This document shows positions 53,568 to 64,000 of a stretch of DNA of 64,000 nucleotides, in pieces (the stretch's first letter is position 1; each line of letters opens with the position of its first letter). The notes under the pieces are model-generated. The model was given only the letters and a program-made list of their open reading frames with translations, made no database searches and was not told the origin of the DNA. Origin of the DNA: Octopus sinensis (lineage: Eukaryota); assembly GCF_006345805.1 (NCBI RefSeq), contig NC_042999.1, positions 21,886,001 to 21,950,000 on the forward strand, given 5' to 3'. The translations under genes were made by a program, and so were the position numbers.

Positions 53568-53660
53568 CCTTCTTTCCTGATGAGAAGATTGCATAATGCA
53601 CCCTTTATTCCTTCGGAATGAAAATATGCTGTCTTCGAAACATGTGTCGAGAGTAAAGGA
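53568..53660 (+). ncRNA. Type I hammerhead ribozyme (plus-strand arm of inverted repeat)
   Basis: CTTTC CTGATGA(53577-83) GAAGA..TCTTC GAAA(53637-40) CATGTGTC|GAGAG; cleavage predicted after C53648. Confidence 0.78.
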
Positions 53661-53855
53661 ATTTTGTTAACATCTTCGTTCGACTCCATTCTTTCATTTA
53701 TTCATATACAACACACAAATTTCTACACATGAACCCGGAGTTTCTACCCTTGACAGGTCGCTTCAACCGTGTTTTCTGACGTGAATTTGCTACCCAGGTT
53801 TCGGTTAAACGAATTTTCCATGCTGACGATAAACATAGGATAATTCATTCACCTA

Positions 53856-53900
<45 letters not shown>

Positions 53901-53959
53901 CTGTAGCTTCAGCTCAGAGCTGCGGCCATGCTGATGCACCGCCGTTTTGCTACACTGTT

Positions 53960-54610
53960 ATTACTGAGAGCCTCCTCCAATGGGAGAATATTAAAAAGCT
54001 GTGGGCCCTTGAAACCCAGGCTGTAGTAACTGTAGTAACTGGTCCTGAAGCGCGATGTTGTTGCTGGGATCATTGGCACTATGCAGTGTCGACCTGTTCT
54101 GACATTGGTATAGCTTTCAATGCCAAAATTTGGCACAATTCCTTCCAGGATCTTCCAGATGAATATTACTGAATACCTCTCCAGCCTTCGCTCCAGGGAG
54201 TAGAGTCTTAGCTGTTTCAGCTTTTCCCAGTAGCTGAGCTGTTGCAACGAAGCGATCTTCTTTGTGAAGCTTCGCTGGATTGCTTCAAGGCCCGCTGTTA
54301 ATTTCACACTGTTGGTTGACCACAGCTGGAGCAGTAATCCAAGCAGCTGAGGGCGAATGTGCTCCAGAGGACCATCATGGTTTCCTTTTCTCTGGTTCTG
54401 AATGATCTCAGGATTCATCCAGCCAGTCGACTGCTCTTTGTCGCCAGGGCTTGGAATTCGTCAGCATTAAATTGCATATTATTGCCCTCAGCCAATCTGT
54501 AAAATGAATCCAATTCCTGCTGCAGGTGTGCAACATCGCTGGAGTTATATATTTTCTGCGAGACTTTCGTATCGTCTGCGTAGTCAGCAAAGCTGGCTAT
54601 CCGGGCAGTT
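53960..54610 (-). mobile_element. CR1-type LINE ORF2 fragment (RT and C-terminus)
   Basis: FADYADDTKVSQKI..LQQELD; LEAIQRSFTKKI..LSYWEKLKQLRLYSLERRLERY..FKGPQLFNILP. Confidence 0.9.
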
Positions 54611-55347
54611 GAGTGCATATGTATGTATATATAAAGCCCCAAAATGGAACAACAACGCAAAAGACGACAATAAAACGCCCAGACGGATAGACGATAAAAA
54701 GACGGACAGGAAAAAAATCAAGGACGGGTCATTCGCAGCAGTGTCTCATCAGTCAAGTTTCCAGATTCTCATTACAGTTTCTGCCGGTTACACTTGAGAC
54801 TGCTCAAATCTGGCTGGCCTCAAACATCTAAGCTAGGAGCATTAAATTTTTTGGGGAAAAGCAAGCGAATGTGTACGACAACAAAGACAAAACAAAAAAA
54901 AACGGAGAAAGTGTTACATAATTACAAATACAAATAATAAGAAAATAACAATAGATTTCGATCAAGAAAGACGAATTAAGTCGAGCTAGCGTGTATAGAG
55001 TGAAAGCCGTGAGGTAGGAACATAGGAAGGAGATGAACATAGATGAAAGTCATGAGACACCGGTCACGTGGAAGGAAAAGGGAGTGGTAGGGGCAGAGAA
55101 ATTGCAGAATTAGGGGAAGAACGAGAAAGTGAGAAAGTCGAATGGACATAGAGAAAGGTATAAGGGAGATAAACGAGTAGAGGAAATATGGAGTTTAAAG
55201 AACGAAGGCCAAGAAATGTGAGGGGGAGAGAAAAAGAAAAGAGGGAAGAAAGAAGAAAGTATGAGGGCGGACTAAAAGAAAGAGTAAAAGAGTCATACGG
55301 AATTTATATACATACAAGGTGAGCAAAAGTGTACTGCGCCGCTATAT

Positions 55348-55766
55348 ACTCTTTACTCTTTACTCTTTTACTTGTTTCAGTCATTTGACTGCGGCCATGC
55401 TGGAGCACCGCCTTTAGTCGAGCAACTCGACCCCGGGACTTATTCTTTTTGTAAGCCCAGTACTTATTCTATCGGGCTCTTTTTGCCGAACCGCTAAGTG
55501 ACGGGGACGTAAACACACCAGCATCGGTTGTCAAGCAATGCTAGGGAGACAAACACAGACACACAAACACACACATACATATATATATATATATACATAT
55601 ATACGACAGGCTTCTTTCAGTTTCCGTCTACCAAATCCACTCACAAGACATTGGTCGGCCCGGGGCTATAGCAGAATACACTTGCCCAAGATGCCACGCA
55701 GTGGGACTGAACCCAGAACCATGTGGTTGGTTAGCAAGCTACTTACCACACAGCCACTCCTGCGCC
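55348..55766 (-). mobile_element. SINE B, full length
   Basis: Reverse complement of 52412-52830. Confidence 0.9.
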
Positions 55767-56089
55767 TATGTATATATAAATCCCAAAAATGGGACAGGAA
55801 AGCAAAAGACAACAATAAACAGCCGGACAGGAAAATCAATAAAAAGACGGACAGGAGAAAACAAGGACGTGTCATTCGCAGCAATGTTTCATCAGCCAAG
55901 TTTCCAGACTCTCATTACAGTTTCCGCCAAGCAACCAAAAATTTAAACGTATATTCTATACATCTTTATTTCTTAATTTCAAATTGCGCTAAATATCATG
56001 AAGATATTATCTCTCTTGTATTATCAATCTGCTAGGGGACTCTGTGTGTGTGTGTATGTGTGTGTGTGTGTGTCTGTGTATGTGTGTGT

Positions 56090-56121
<32 letters not shown>

Positions 56122-56489
56122 TTGTGTCCATGTACGTTCCGTGTGTGTGCATGTACGTTCCATGTATGTTCCGTGTGTGTGTCCATGTACGTAGAGTCCA
56201 TATTGAGAATTTTGCATTTTACATGATAAAAATAACAATTTTTATTCTCATGTTAAAAGCATTGATTGGTTAAACTTAAAGGAAAACGAAAATTCCTTTT
56301 CTGAATTTTACGAAAATATTACTGAATTGAAACATAACTAATGACACACAGAGCTCAGAAAATGATGATAATATGTACAAAGCTGATAAAATGTCCAGAC
56401 TTCAGTGTAACACGCCTGTAGTCTTTATGCATTTACTGAGAAGCTAAAATATAACGTTAAATGATTTACATAACCACAAATACACATCA

Positions 56490-56760
56490 TCATCATCATT
56501 GTTTGACCGTGGTCGAGACAATGGAATTTACCATGCTACGCCAGACTTCAGGGTCCATCATGGCATTACGGAGGTCCTGTTGCTGGATGCCTGTATCCCT
56601 GGAGATTACATCAGGGTAGGAGAGTGTGCGCCCCCTGGTATTGCGAGTAGATAGCTTCCAGAGGAGAAGAGTAGAAATTACCTCTTTTTCAGCTCTACAA
56701 CAATGTCCAGCAAACTGGACTCTCCTACCTTTCACAAATACACAACAGGCAACCCAATTC
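56490..56760 (-). mobile_element. RTE-type LINE 3' end with (GAT)n tail
   Basis: RRVQFAGHCCRAEKEVISTLLLWK..GRTLSYPDVISRDTG..DLRNAMMDPEVWRSMV. Confidence 0.8.
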
Positions 56761-57014
56761 ACAGTTTTACAACTGTACAACACACACATCAGTACCAGAA
56801 ACCTACAAAATTTCCAGAAGTTTCAATAAAAGTATATTTTTGTGTAGAAAAATATAATTATAATGATTCAAATGTTTAAGGATCTTTTGTTTTTCTATCT
56901 TTGTACCGTATCCGTAGTTTTTCATTTGGGTCCAAATTGCAATCACGAACAGGGTGGATGCTTATGTGCATTAAGGTAAATGAGATATACTCTGGGATTA
57001 TGGTATTCTACATG

Positions 57015-57395
57015 CCTAATATTTTGTCTGCCGCTACATTCTGAGTTCAAACTCCGCCGAGATCAACTTTGCCTTTCATCCTTTCGGGGTCGATAAATTA
57101 AGTACCAGTTACGCACTGGGGGTCGATATAATCGACTTAATCCGTTTGTCTGTCCTTGTTTGTCCCCTCTTGTGTTTAGCCCCTTGTGGGTAGTAAAGAA
57201 ATAGGTATTTCGTCTGCCGCTACGTTCTGAGTTCAAATTCTGTCACGGTCAACTTTGCCTTTCATCCTTTCGGGGTCGATAAATTAAGTACCAGTTACGC
57301 ACTGGGGGTCGATATAATCGACTTAATCCGTTTGTCTGTCCTTGTTTGTCCCCTCTTGTGTTTAGCCCCTTGTGGGTAGTAAAGAAATAGGTATT
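57015..57395 (+). repeat. Headless SINE C dimer
   Basis: Two ~186-bp units joined at AAAGAAATAGGTATTTCGTCTGCCGCTACG. Confidence 0.88.
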
Positions 57396-58077
57396 CCTGA
57401 TGCCTGTGAGGTGATTGTTATTACACGATAGTGAGCCCGTTGATAATGTTGTTTCAGAAAGGTTGAAAAAGAAAAAAGTAGTAAGAAAAAACTACAAAAG
57501 GTTGTAGAGAGGTTGATCTAATCACATTGATGTTTGAGATTACACTAAGTTTGAGTAAATGTTATTTAGACTGAAAGAGCAACAGTAGAGAAAAATATAT
57601 GATGAATAGAATGAAGGGCTGAATTATGATAATACGAACAGCTTTATCAATGATAAGCTAAAGGTATGTAGCGATAAGACTACCAAATGACATATTGATG
57701 GCAATTATATAAAGGGATGGATGCTGCCGAGATAAGAGACGGGAGCTATAAGGACACTGTACAATAAGATAAAAAAATAAATAGATGAAAGGATAGGGTT
57801 TGGAGATAACTACTCTAATAGTGTAATACTGAGTGGTGTGAGAAAGAAAAAATATCGGAAAAATAATAAATATATGAATAAATAAATATAAATATAAATA
57901 AAATAATATGAATGACCATATTCTTTGAACAGATATTGACATTACGGTAATATTTCATGAAGAGTGATATACCATTATGTAGATTTAAAAAATACTAAAC
58001 TCTTGTTAAATATTGCAAGGTTGATATTGTAAAGGTCCAGCGCCAATAGCTATCTATCTATCTATCTATCTATCTAC

Positions 58078-58147
<70 letters not shown>

Positions 58148-58148
58148 G

Positions 58149-58447
58149 TGGAGGCGCAATCGCCCAATGGTTAGGGCAGAGGACTCGCGGTCGGAGGATC
58201 GCTGTTTCGATTTCCAGACCGAGCGTTGAGTGTGTTTATTGAGCGAAAACACCTAAAAGCTCCATGAGGCTCCGGCAGGGGGTGGTGGCGACCCTGTTGT
58301 ACTCTTTCGCCTAACTTTCTCTCACTCTTTCTTCCTGTTTCTTGAGTAACGCTGCGATGGACTGGCGTCCTGTCCAGCTGCGGGGAACACATACACCACA
58401 GAGACCGGGAAACCGGGTCCATGAACCTGGCTAGGCTTGAAAAGGGC
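58149..58447 (+). mobile_element. SINE family A, tail 3
   Basis: Family A head plus GCTGCGATGGACTGGCGTCCTGTCCAGCTG..GAAACCGGG tail. Confidence 0.85.
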
Positions 58448-58467
58448 GACGTTTATCGTTTTATCTG

Positions 58468-58501
<34 letters not shown>

Positions 58502-58904
58502 TCTTTATGTCTGAGCGTCTGTCTGTCTAAAGTTGCTTCCATTATATATGATAAGGTTACTCACTCCTGTTGTTGCATAGAACAACTGTGTTGACCACGG
58601 CATAGCAGTACAAACTATAAAGTTTCATCCTGATCACAACAATGCAGTACAAACTATAAAAATTAGCTAGATCACGATCATACAGGATAAAGAGGACAAC
58701 ATGAATTTCGTGACCCGATCTGTTTTGTAAGGACGATGGCATGTATTTCATAATCATAACTATATTGTAAAGCCCTATCATATCTAACTTGTGTATTTAT
58801 ATATTCATCCAGTGCAAACTAAACCGTAAACCGCATGATAAATAAAGAGTATTTATAACTTTTCGTGTATTTCTCTTCACGTATTGTAGCTGTATTCTTT
58901 ACGC

Positions 58905-59137
58905 TTTTACTTGTTTCAGTCATTTGACTGCAGCCATGCTGGAGCACCGCCTTTAGTCGAGCAAATCGACCCCAGAACCTATTCTTTGTAAGCCTAGTAC
59001 TTATTCTAAAGGTTTCTTTTGCCGAACTGCTATGTTACGGGAACATAAACATTCCAGCATCGGTTCTCAAGCGATATTGGGGGGACAAACACAGACACAT
59101 AAACATACACACACACACACGCAAACACACACACAAA

Positions 59138-59172
<35 letters not shown>

Positions 59173-59335
59173 CGAAGGGCTTCTTTTAGCTTTCGTCTAC
59201 GAAATCCACTCAAAAAGCTTTGGTCTGCCCGGTGCTATAGTAGAAGACACTTGCTCAAGGTGCCACGCAGTGGGACTGAACCCGATACCATGTGATTGGT
59301 AAGCAAGCTACTTACCACACAACTACCCCTACGCC
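58905..59335 (-). mobile_element. SINE B
   Basis: Reverse complement of the family B consensus. Confidence 0.8.
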
Positions 59336-59872
59336 TATATCTCTGCAGGCACATGACGATAGAGTGAGGTCGTTCTCCTATGTCTTCCTGAAACATGGTT
59401 CAGGAAGAAACCGCGATCCTCCGACATATTCATATATATACACACATATATATATGTATGGATGTATATATGTATATATATATATGTATATACGTTTAAA
59501 TATTTGTTGTGCAAGATTTTTTATGTGAAGACGTGTGTTGGCTAAACTGGCAGTATGACCATTCTGAAACATAATAATATCTGTATGTATATATATATCA
59601 TCTCACTAAATTTATCTAGTGCACTCTTCGCCTTGAATGTAATGATATATGTATAATATATGGCGTGTACTGGTACACCGGCGATTATAATTAATTTTAT
59701 TGTATCGCATTTATCTTTGTTTACATATTCTCTCGATAAATTTCTGACCGTTAGACGATATACCACAATCCCCTATTTTGTCGGGTTGTTCTGAGTCTGC
59801 GCAGTGTTTTGAATAGTTTAGAAAGAGCATTTCGATAGACGCACATGGGTCTATTGATATGGTCTTCCATCA

Positions 59873-59963
59873 TTAACAGGAATCTTACTGAAGAGCCAGC
59901 CTGAGTAAATAAATACTATTTTTATTACTGAATTTGGCGAAACTGCAGTATAAGAAAAGTTAA
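59873..59963 (+). ncRNA. Type I hammerhead ribozyme, copy 1
   Basis: TTAAC-AGGAA-TCTTA CTGAAGA GCCA..TGGC GAAA C-TGCA-GT A|TAAGA-AAA-GTTAA; cleavage predicted after 59950. Confidence 0.88.
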
Positions 59964-60275
59964 GTTTGTAAAAGTTTTTAATTTTCATCTCACTAAATTA
60001 TCCAGCTATTGTGTATCTAGTGCACTCTTCGCCTTGAATGTAATGATATATGTATAATATATGGCGTGTACTGGTACACCGGCGATTATAATTAATTTTA
60101 TTGTATCGCATTTATCTTTGTTTACATATTCTCTCGATAAATTTCTGACCGTTAGACGATATACCACAATCCCCTATTTTGTCGGGTTTGTTCTGAGTCT
60201 GCGCAGTGTTTTGAATAGTTTAGAAAGAGCATTTCGATAGACGCACATGGGTCTATTGATATGGTCTTCCCATCA

Positions 60276-60366
60276 TTAACAGGAATCTTACTGAAGAGCC
60301 AGCCTGAGTAAATAAATACTATTTTTATTACTGAATTTGGCGAAACTGCAGTATAAGAAAAGTTAA
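60276..60366 (+). ncRNA. Type I hammerhead ribozyme, copy 2
   Basis: Identical motif; CTGAAGA at 60291-60297; cleavage predicted after 60353. Confidence 0.88.
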
Positions 60367-60679
60367 GTTTGTAAAAGTTTTTAATTTTCATCTCACTAAA
60401 TTTATCCAGCTATTGTGTATCTAGTGCACTCTTCGCCTTGAATGTAATGATATATGTATAATATATGGCGTGTACTGGTACACCGGCGATTATAATTAAT
60501 TTTATTGTATCGCATTTATCTTTGTTTACATATTCTCTCGATAAATTTCTGACCGTTAGACGATATACCACAATCCCCTATTTTGTCGGGTTTGTTCTGA
60601 GTCTGCGCAGTGTTTTGAATAGTTTAGAAAGAGCATTTCGATAGACGCACATGGGTCTATTGATATGGTCTTCCCATCA

Positions 60680-60770
60680 TTAACAGGAATCTTACTGAAG
60701 AGCCAGCCTGAGTAAATAAATACTATTTTTATTACTGAATTTGGCGAAACTGCAGTATAAGAAAAGTTAA
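60680..60770 (+). ncRNA. Type I hammerhead ribozyme, copy 3
   Basis: Identical motif; CTGAAGA at 60695-60701; cleavage predicted after 60757. Confidence 0.88.
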
Positions 60771-61080
60771 GTTTGTAAAAGTTTTTAATTTTCATCTCAC
60801 TAAATTTATCCAGCTATTGTGTATCTAGTGCACTCTTCGCCTGAATGTAATGATATATGTATAATATATGGCGTGTACTGGTACACCGGCGATTATAATT
60901 AATTTTATTGTATCGCATTTATCTTTGTTTACATATTCTCTCGATAAATTTCTGACCGTTAGACGATATACCACAATCCCCTATTTTGTCGGTTTGTTCT
61001 GAGTCTGCGCAGTGTTTTGAATAGTTTAGAAAGAGCATTTCGATAGACGCACATGGGTCTATTGATATGGTCTTCCATCA

Positions 61081-61171
61081 TTAACAGGAATCTTACTGAA
61101 GAGCCAGCCTGAGTAAATAAATACTATTTTTATTACTGAATTTGGCGAAACTGCAGTATAAGAAAAGTTAA
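61081..61171 (+). ncRNA. Type I hammerhead ribozyme, copy 4
   Basis: Identical motif; CTGAAGA at 61096-61102; cleavage predicted after 61158. Confidence 0.88.
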
Positions 61172-61335
61172 GTTTGTAAAAGTTTTTAATTTTCATCTCA
61201 CTAATTTATCCAGCTATTGTGTATCTAGTGCACTCTTCGCCTTGAATGTAATGATATATGTATAATATATGGCGTGTACTGGTACACCGGCGATTATAAT
61301 TAATTTTATTGTATCGCATTTATCTTTGTTTATAT

Positions 61336-61401
<66 letters not shown>

Positions 61402-61701
61402 ATATATTATATATATATATATATAATATATATATATATATGTATGCATATATATATATGTATGTATATATACGCGTGTGTGTGTGTGTGCATGTGTGTA
61501 CGTGTGTACATATGCATGCACGGAGCATGTGGTCGACCTCAGGCTGCATAAGAATACCTTTCACTTATTTTGCCTGCCCTTCATTACGACTGAACCTAAG
61601 CACATGGCTGCGGGCGGACTTGTTAACCACACAGTAATTCTTACAACTCTATGTAAATACTTTCATTCGTGTTAGTGTTAGCGTTAGTATAATTTAGAAA
61701 A

Positions 61702-62098
61702 TCTCTCTATATATAAACGGCAGTTTGTCTGTCTGTGTGTCTGTGTGGCTGTCAGGTTGTACCCTCACCCTGACCACGGCTTTCAACCGATTCTGATGAA
61801 ACTTGACACACACATAGCCCAATGTAATAATTCAAAACTAATTTTGAAAAGCTCCCCCAGTTCTGAAAAAGATCGATAAATTCGACATGGGGTCGAGAAT
61901 CTAAACTTTTTATATGCAACACATTTTCTGTCGGGAGACAGCTAGGAACATCGTATACATAGAAGTATTCGAGTGAAGAGAAGACATTGCAACCTACACA
62001 TGCGCCTTCGTTCCCTAGAGGGAAAGAACTAGATTGGGATTAGTCGTTGCCTACTAGGGGCTCTTACATACATGGGCAACGCCGGGCTATGCTGCTAG
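61702..62098 (+). mobile_element. Non-autonomous Helitron (~400 bp)
   Basis: A|TCTCTCTATATATAAAC 5' end, GC-rich subterminal GGGCAACGCCGGGC, CTAG|T 3' end; inserted in an A-T target with no TSD. Confidence 0.8.
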
Positions 62099-62859
62099 TA
62101 GTTTATAAATGACAATATTAGAAACACTTTACATTTCGTGAAAGGGATATATGATAGGAACATCCGCTTAATTTCTATGATGCGTAGCATCTTTAATGAA
62201 CAGTTAAAAGGTTTGACACTTGACAATAGTTGAGAACAGTGCAGTTCTCACCTACTCTGCTTTTAGCCTTTCACTTCGTATGGTTGAGACATTTCAATAG
62301 TTGAGACATTTCAGTCATCATAATGCTATTTACATTCGTTCATATACTCATATTAAGACAGGAGTCATAACAAGTATCACTTTCTATGGTTAACATGTAT
62401 GTATATGTATATGTGGGTTAGATCGCTTTGAGTGCTAAGAGGTAAAATATTCATTTTCTAATCCATTGATATACATACATATATAAATACATATACATAT
62501 ACATGTACACAGAAAGACACACACACACACAGACACACGCACACGCGCATATATATGTGTATATCTCTCTATCTGTCTTTCATCTATTTATCTACCTTTC
62601 TCAGTGTGTGTGTATATATATTATACACCTATATATTATATATATATGCGTAATATATATGTTTATATATATTATGCATATTATATAGTATATATATAAT
62701 ATATATTATATAAGTGAGAGAATAGATGTTTATTCCATTAGTTGAGAGAACTTTTGTTATACATGGTAGTTACATAATCGGTGCTACATAATTCGTCTCA
62801 CATATGAAGATAATTCATACATACATACAGACATAAATACACACATACGCATACATACA

Positions 62860-62904
<45 letters not shown>

Positions 62905-62979
62905 GCACGTACATATACATTTATATATGTATGTATGTATATATGCATATACACGTACATATATTTATGAATGTTTGTA

Positions 62980-63010
<31 letters not shown>

Positions 63011-64000
63011 TTATCTATCTATTTATCTATCTATATAATTATGCTGTAATGTAGCTGACAGACTACTCTCAGAACATTCCATGGCAAGTTAAAACTCAAT
63101 TCTTCTTTTTCATTGCTATGCAGACAGGCAGAATAGCTGTTATTTGAAATACAGATCGCATTTCTGAGTTCAAATCCAACGGGAACAATCTATTTTTTCC
63201 CCTTCCGTGGTCGATAAATAACGTACTAATTTAGGTCCCAGCCATATTGGAACACCTTACTATATTTCTTCCAGTACTTGTTGCGATTCTGTGAGCTGAC
63301 GCGATACTTTCTGGGTTTAAAGCTCACTTACATCTGTTTACATTTACGTGTGAGTCATGATGTAATAAATGTTTTGCCACAGATCTCGGAACACAATGTA
63401 AAATGTCCTTGGCTTAAAGAAACTATTACTGCCATACTTGCAAGCTCTGAGTGCGTCGCTCTTATATTTCACCAGATGTCACATTCTCTTTATGTGTTTG
63501 ATTTTATCAAAATGTAGGCTTTTAAAAAGCCCACATATTTTGCAGAGGTTATGTACAAAATACTTTTCTATTTTTTAAATAATGGTATAAAAGGAAGATC
63601 TAGTATAAGATATTGTTGCCGTAAAAAGAACAACTACAACAACAACACCAGCAACAAAATACGTACTTCCTAATAAGTCATGAAAGACTATTATTATAGA
63701 GAAAAATATAGGACGTCTGATTGTTTGAATGACAGAGAAGGTGCAGTATCGTGTTACGCTATTTAGTTCCATTTCGCTGCTTTTTAATTTTAGACGTATC
63801 ATGGGTCGACAAAAATCATGCATTAACAATGTTCTCAGTCGATGTAATCATCGATATCCCGTCTATTGAAATATGTGGCTGTGTGGCAATGTAATGAGTC
63901 ACGATTATGTTAAATATATACTGTATGACTTCATATAGATTTTCTAATATTTCCTCAAATTAAAAGTGAATTTATTCGCGAATATCGGTGATCGGTTAGA

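Larger units (their letters stand above)
59598..61331 (+). repeat. Tandem array of ~403-bp units (about 4.3 copies), each carrying a hammerhead ribozyme: non-LTR retrozyme-like locus
   Basis: Near-identical units differing by single-base indels (first unit has a 15-bp deletion); flanked by (TA)n on both sides. Confidence 0.92.

Noticed and set aside
60152-60795. Duplicated 79-aa minus-strand ORFs (MKIKNFYKLN..) in the array
   Set aside because: They lie antisense to the hammerhead, are intact in only two of four units because of single-base indels, and show no recognisable motif; a by-product of the repeat.
59598-61331. CRISPR-like interpretation of the tandem arrays
   Set aside because: Units are contiguous long repeats with no unique spacers, there are no cas genes, and the context is eukaryotic.
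63320-63500. C2H2 zinc-finger-like fragments on the minus strand (EICGKTF)
   Set aside because: No His pair or linker, interrupted by stops; compatible with chance.

Overview
AT-rich, microsatellite-saturated animal genomic DNA. The SINE, Penelope and Helitron families look like those of octopus genomes (recognised from memory, not from a database search). There is a 100-N gap at 45547-45646. One host gene is supported: four minus-strand exons (12211->3524) with consistent GT-AG phases that splice into an open frame for a cysteine-rich HEXXH (HEFAH) zinc metallopeptidase-like protein; both its ends are unresolved. Almost all other ORFs in the track are microsatellite or repeat artefacts. The rest is layered mobile DNA: modular tRNA-derived SINEs, CR1, RTE and RLE-type LINE remnants, Penelope-like GIY-YIG remnants, a full-length dead mariner inserted into the zinc knuckle of an RLE LINE, foldback elements and Helitron ends. 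The most notable signal is catalytic RNA. A ~403-bp tandem array (59598-61331) carries four identical, fully canonical type I hammerhead ribozymes, the architecture of a non-LTR retrozyme that could yield a ~403-nt circRNA. A second, unrelated hammerhead occurs as an inverted pair at 53341-53702, and several degenerate hammerhead-like motifs lie elsewhere. All folds were paired by eye and activity is untested.
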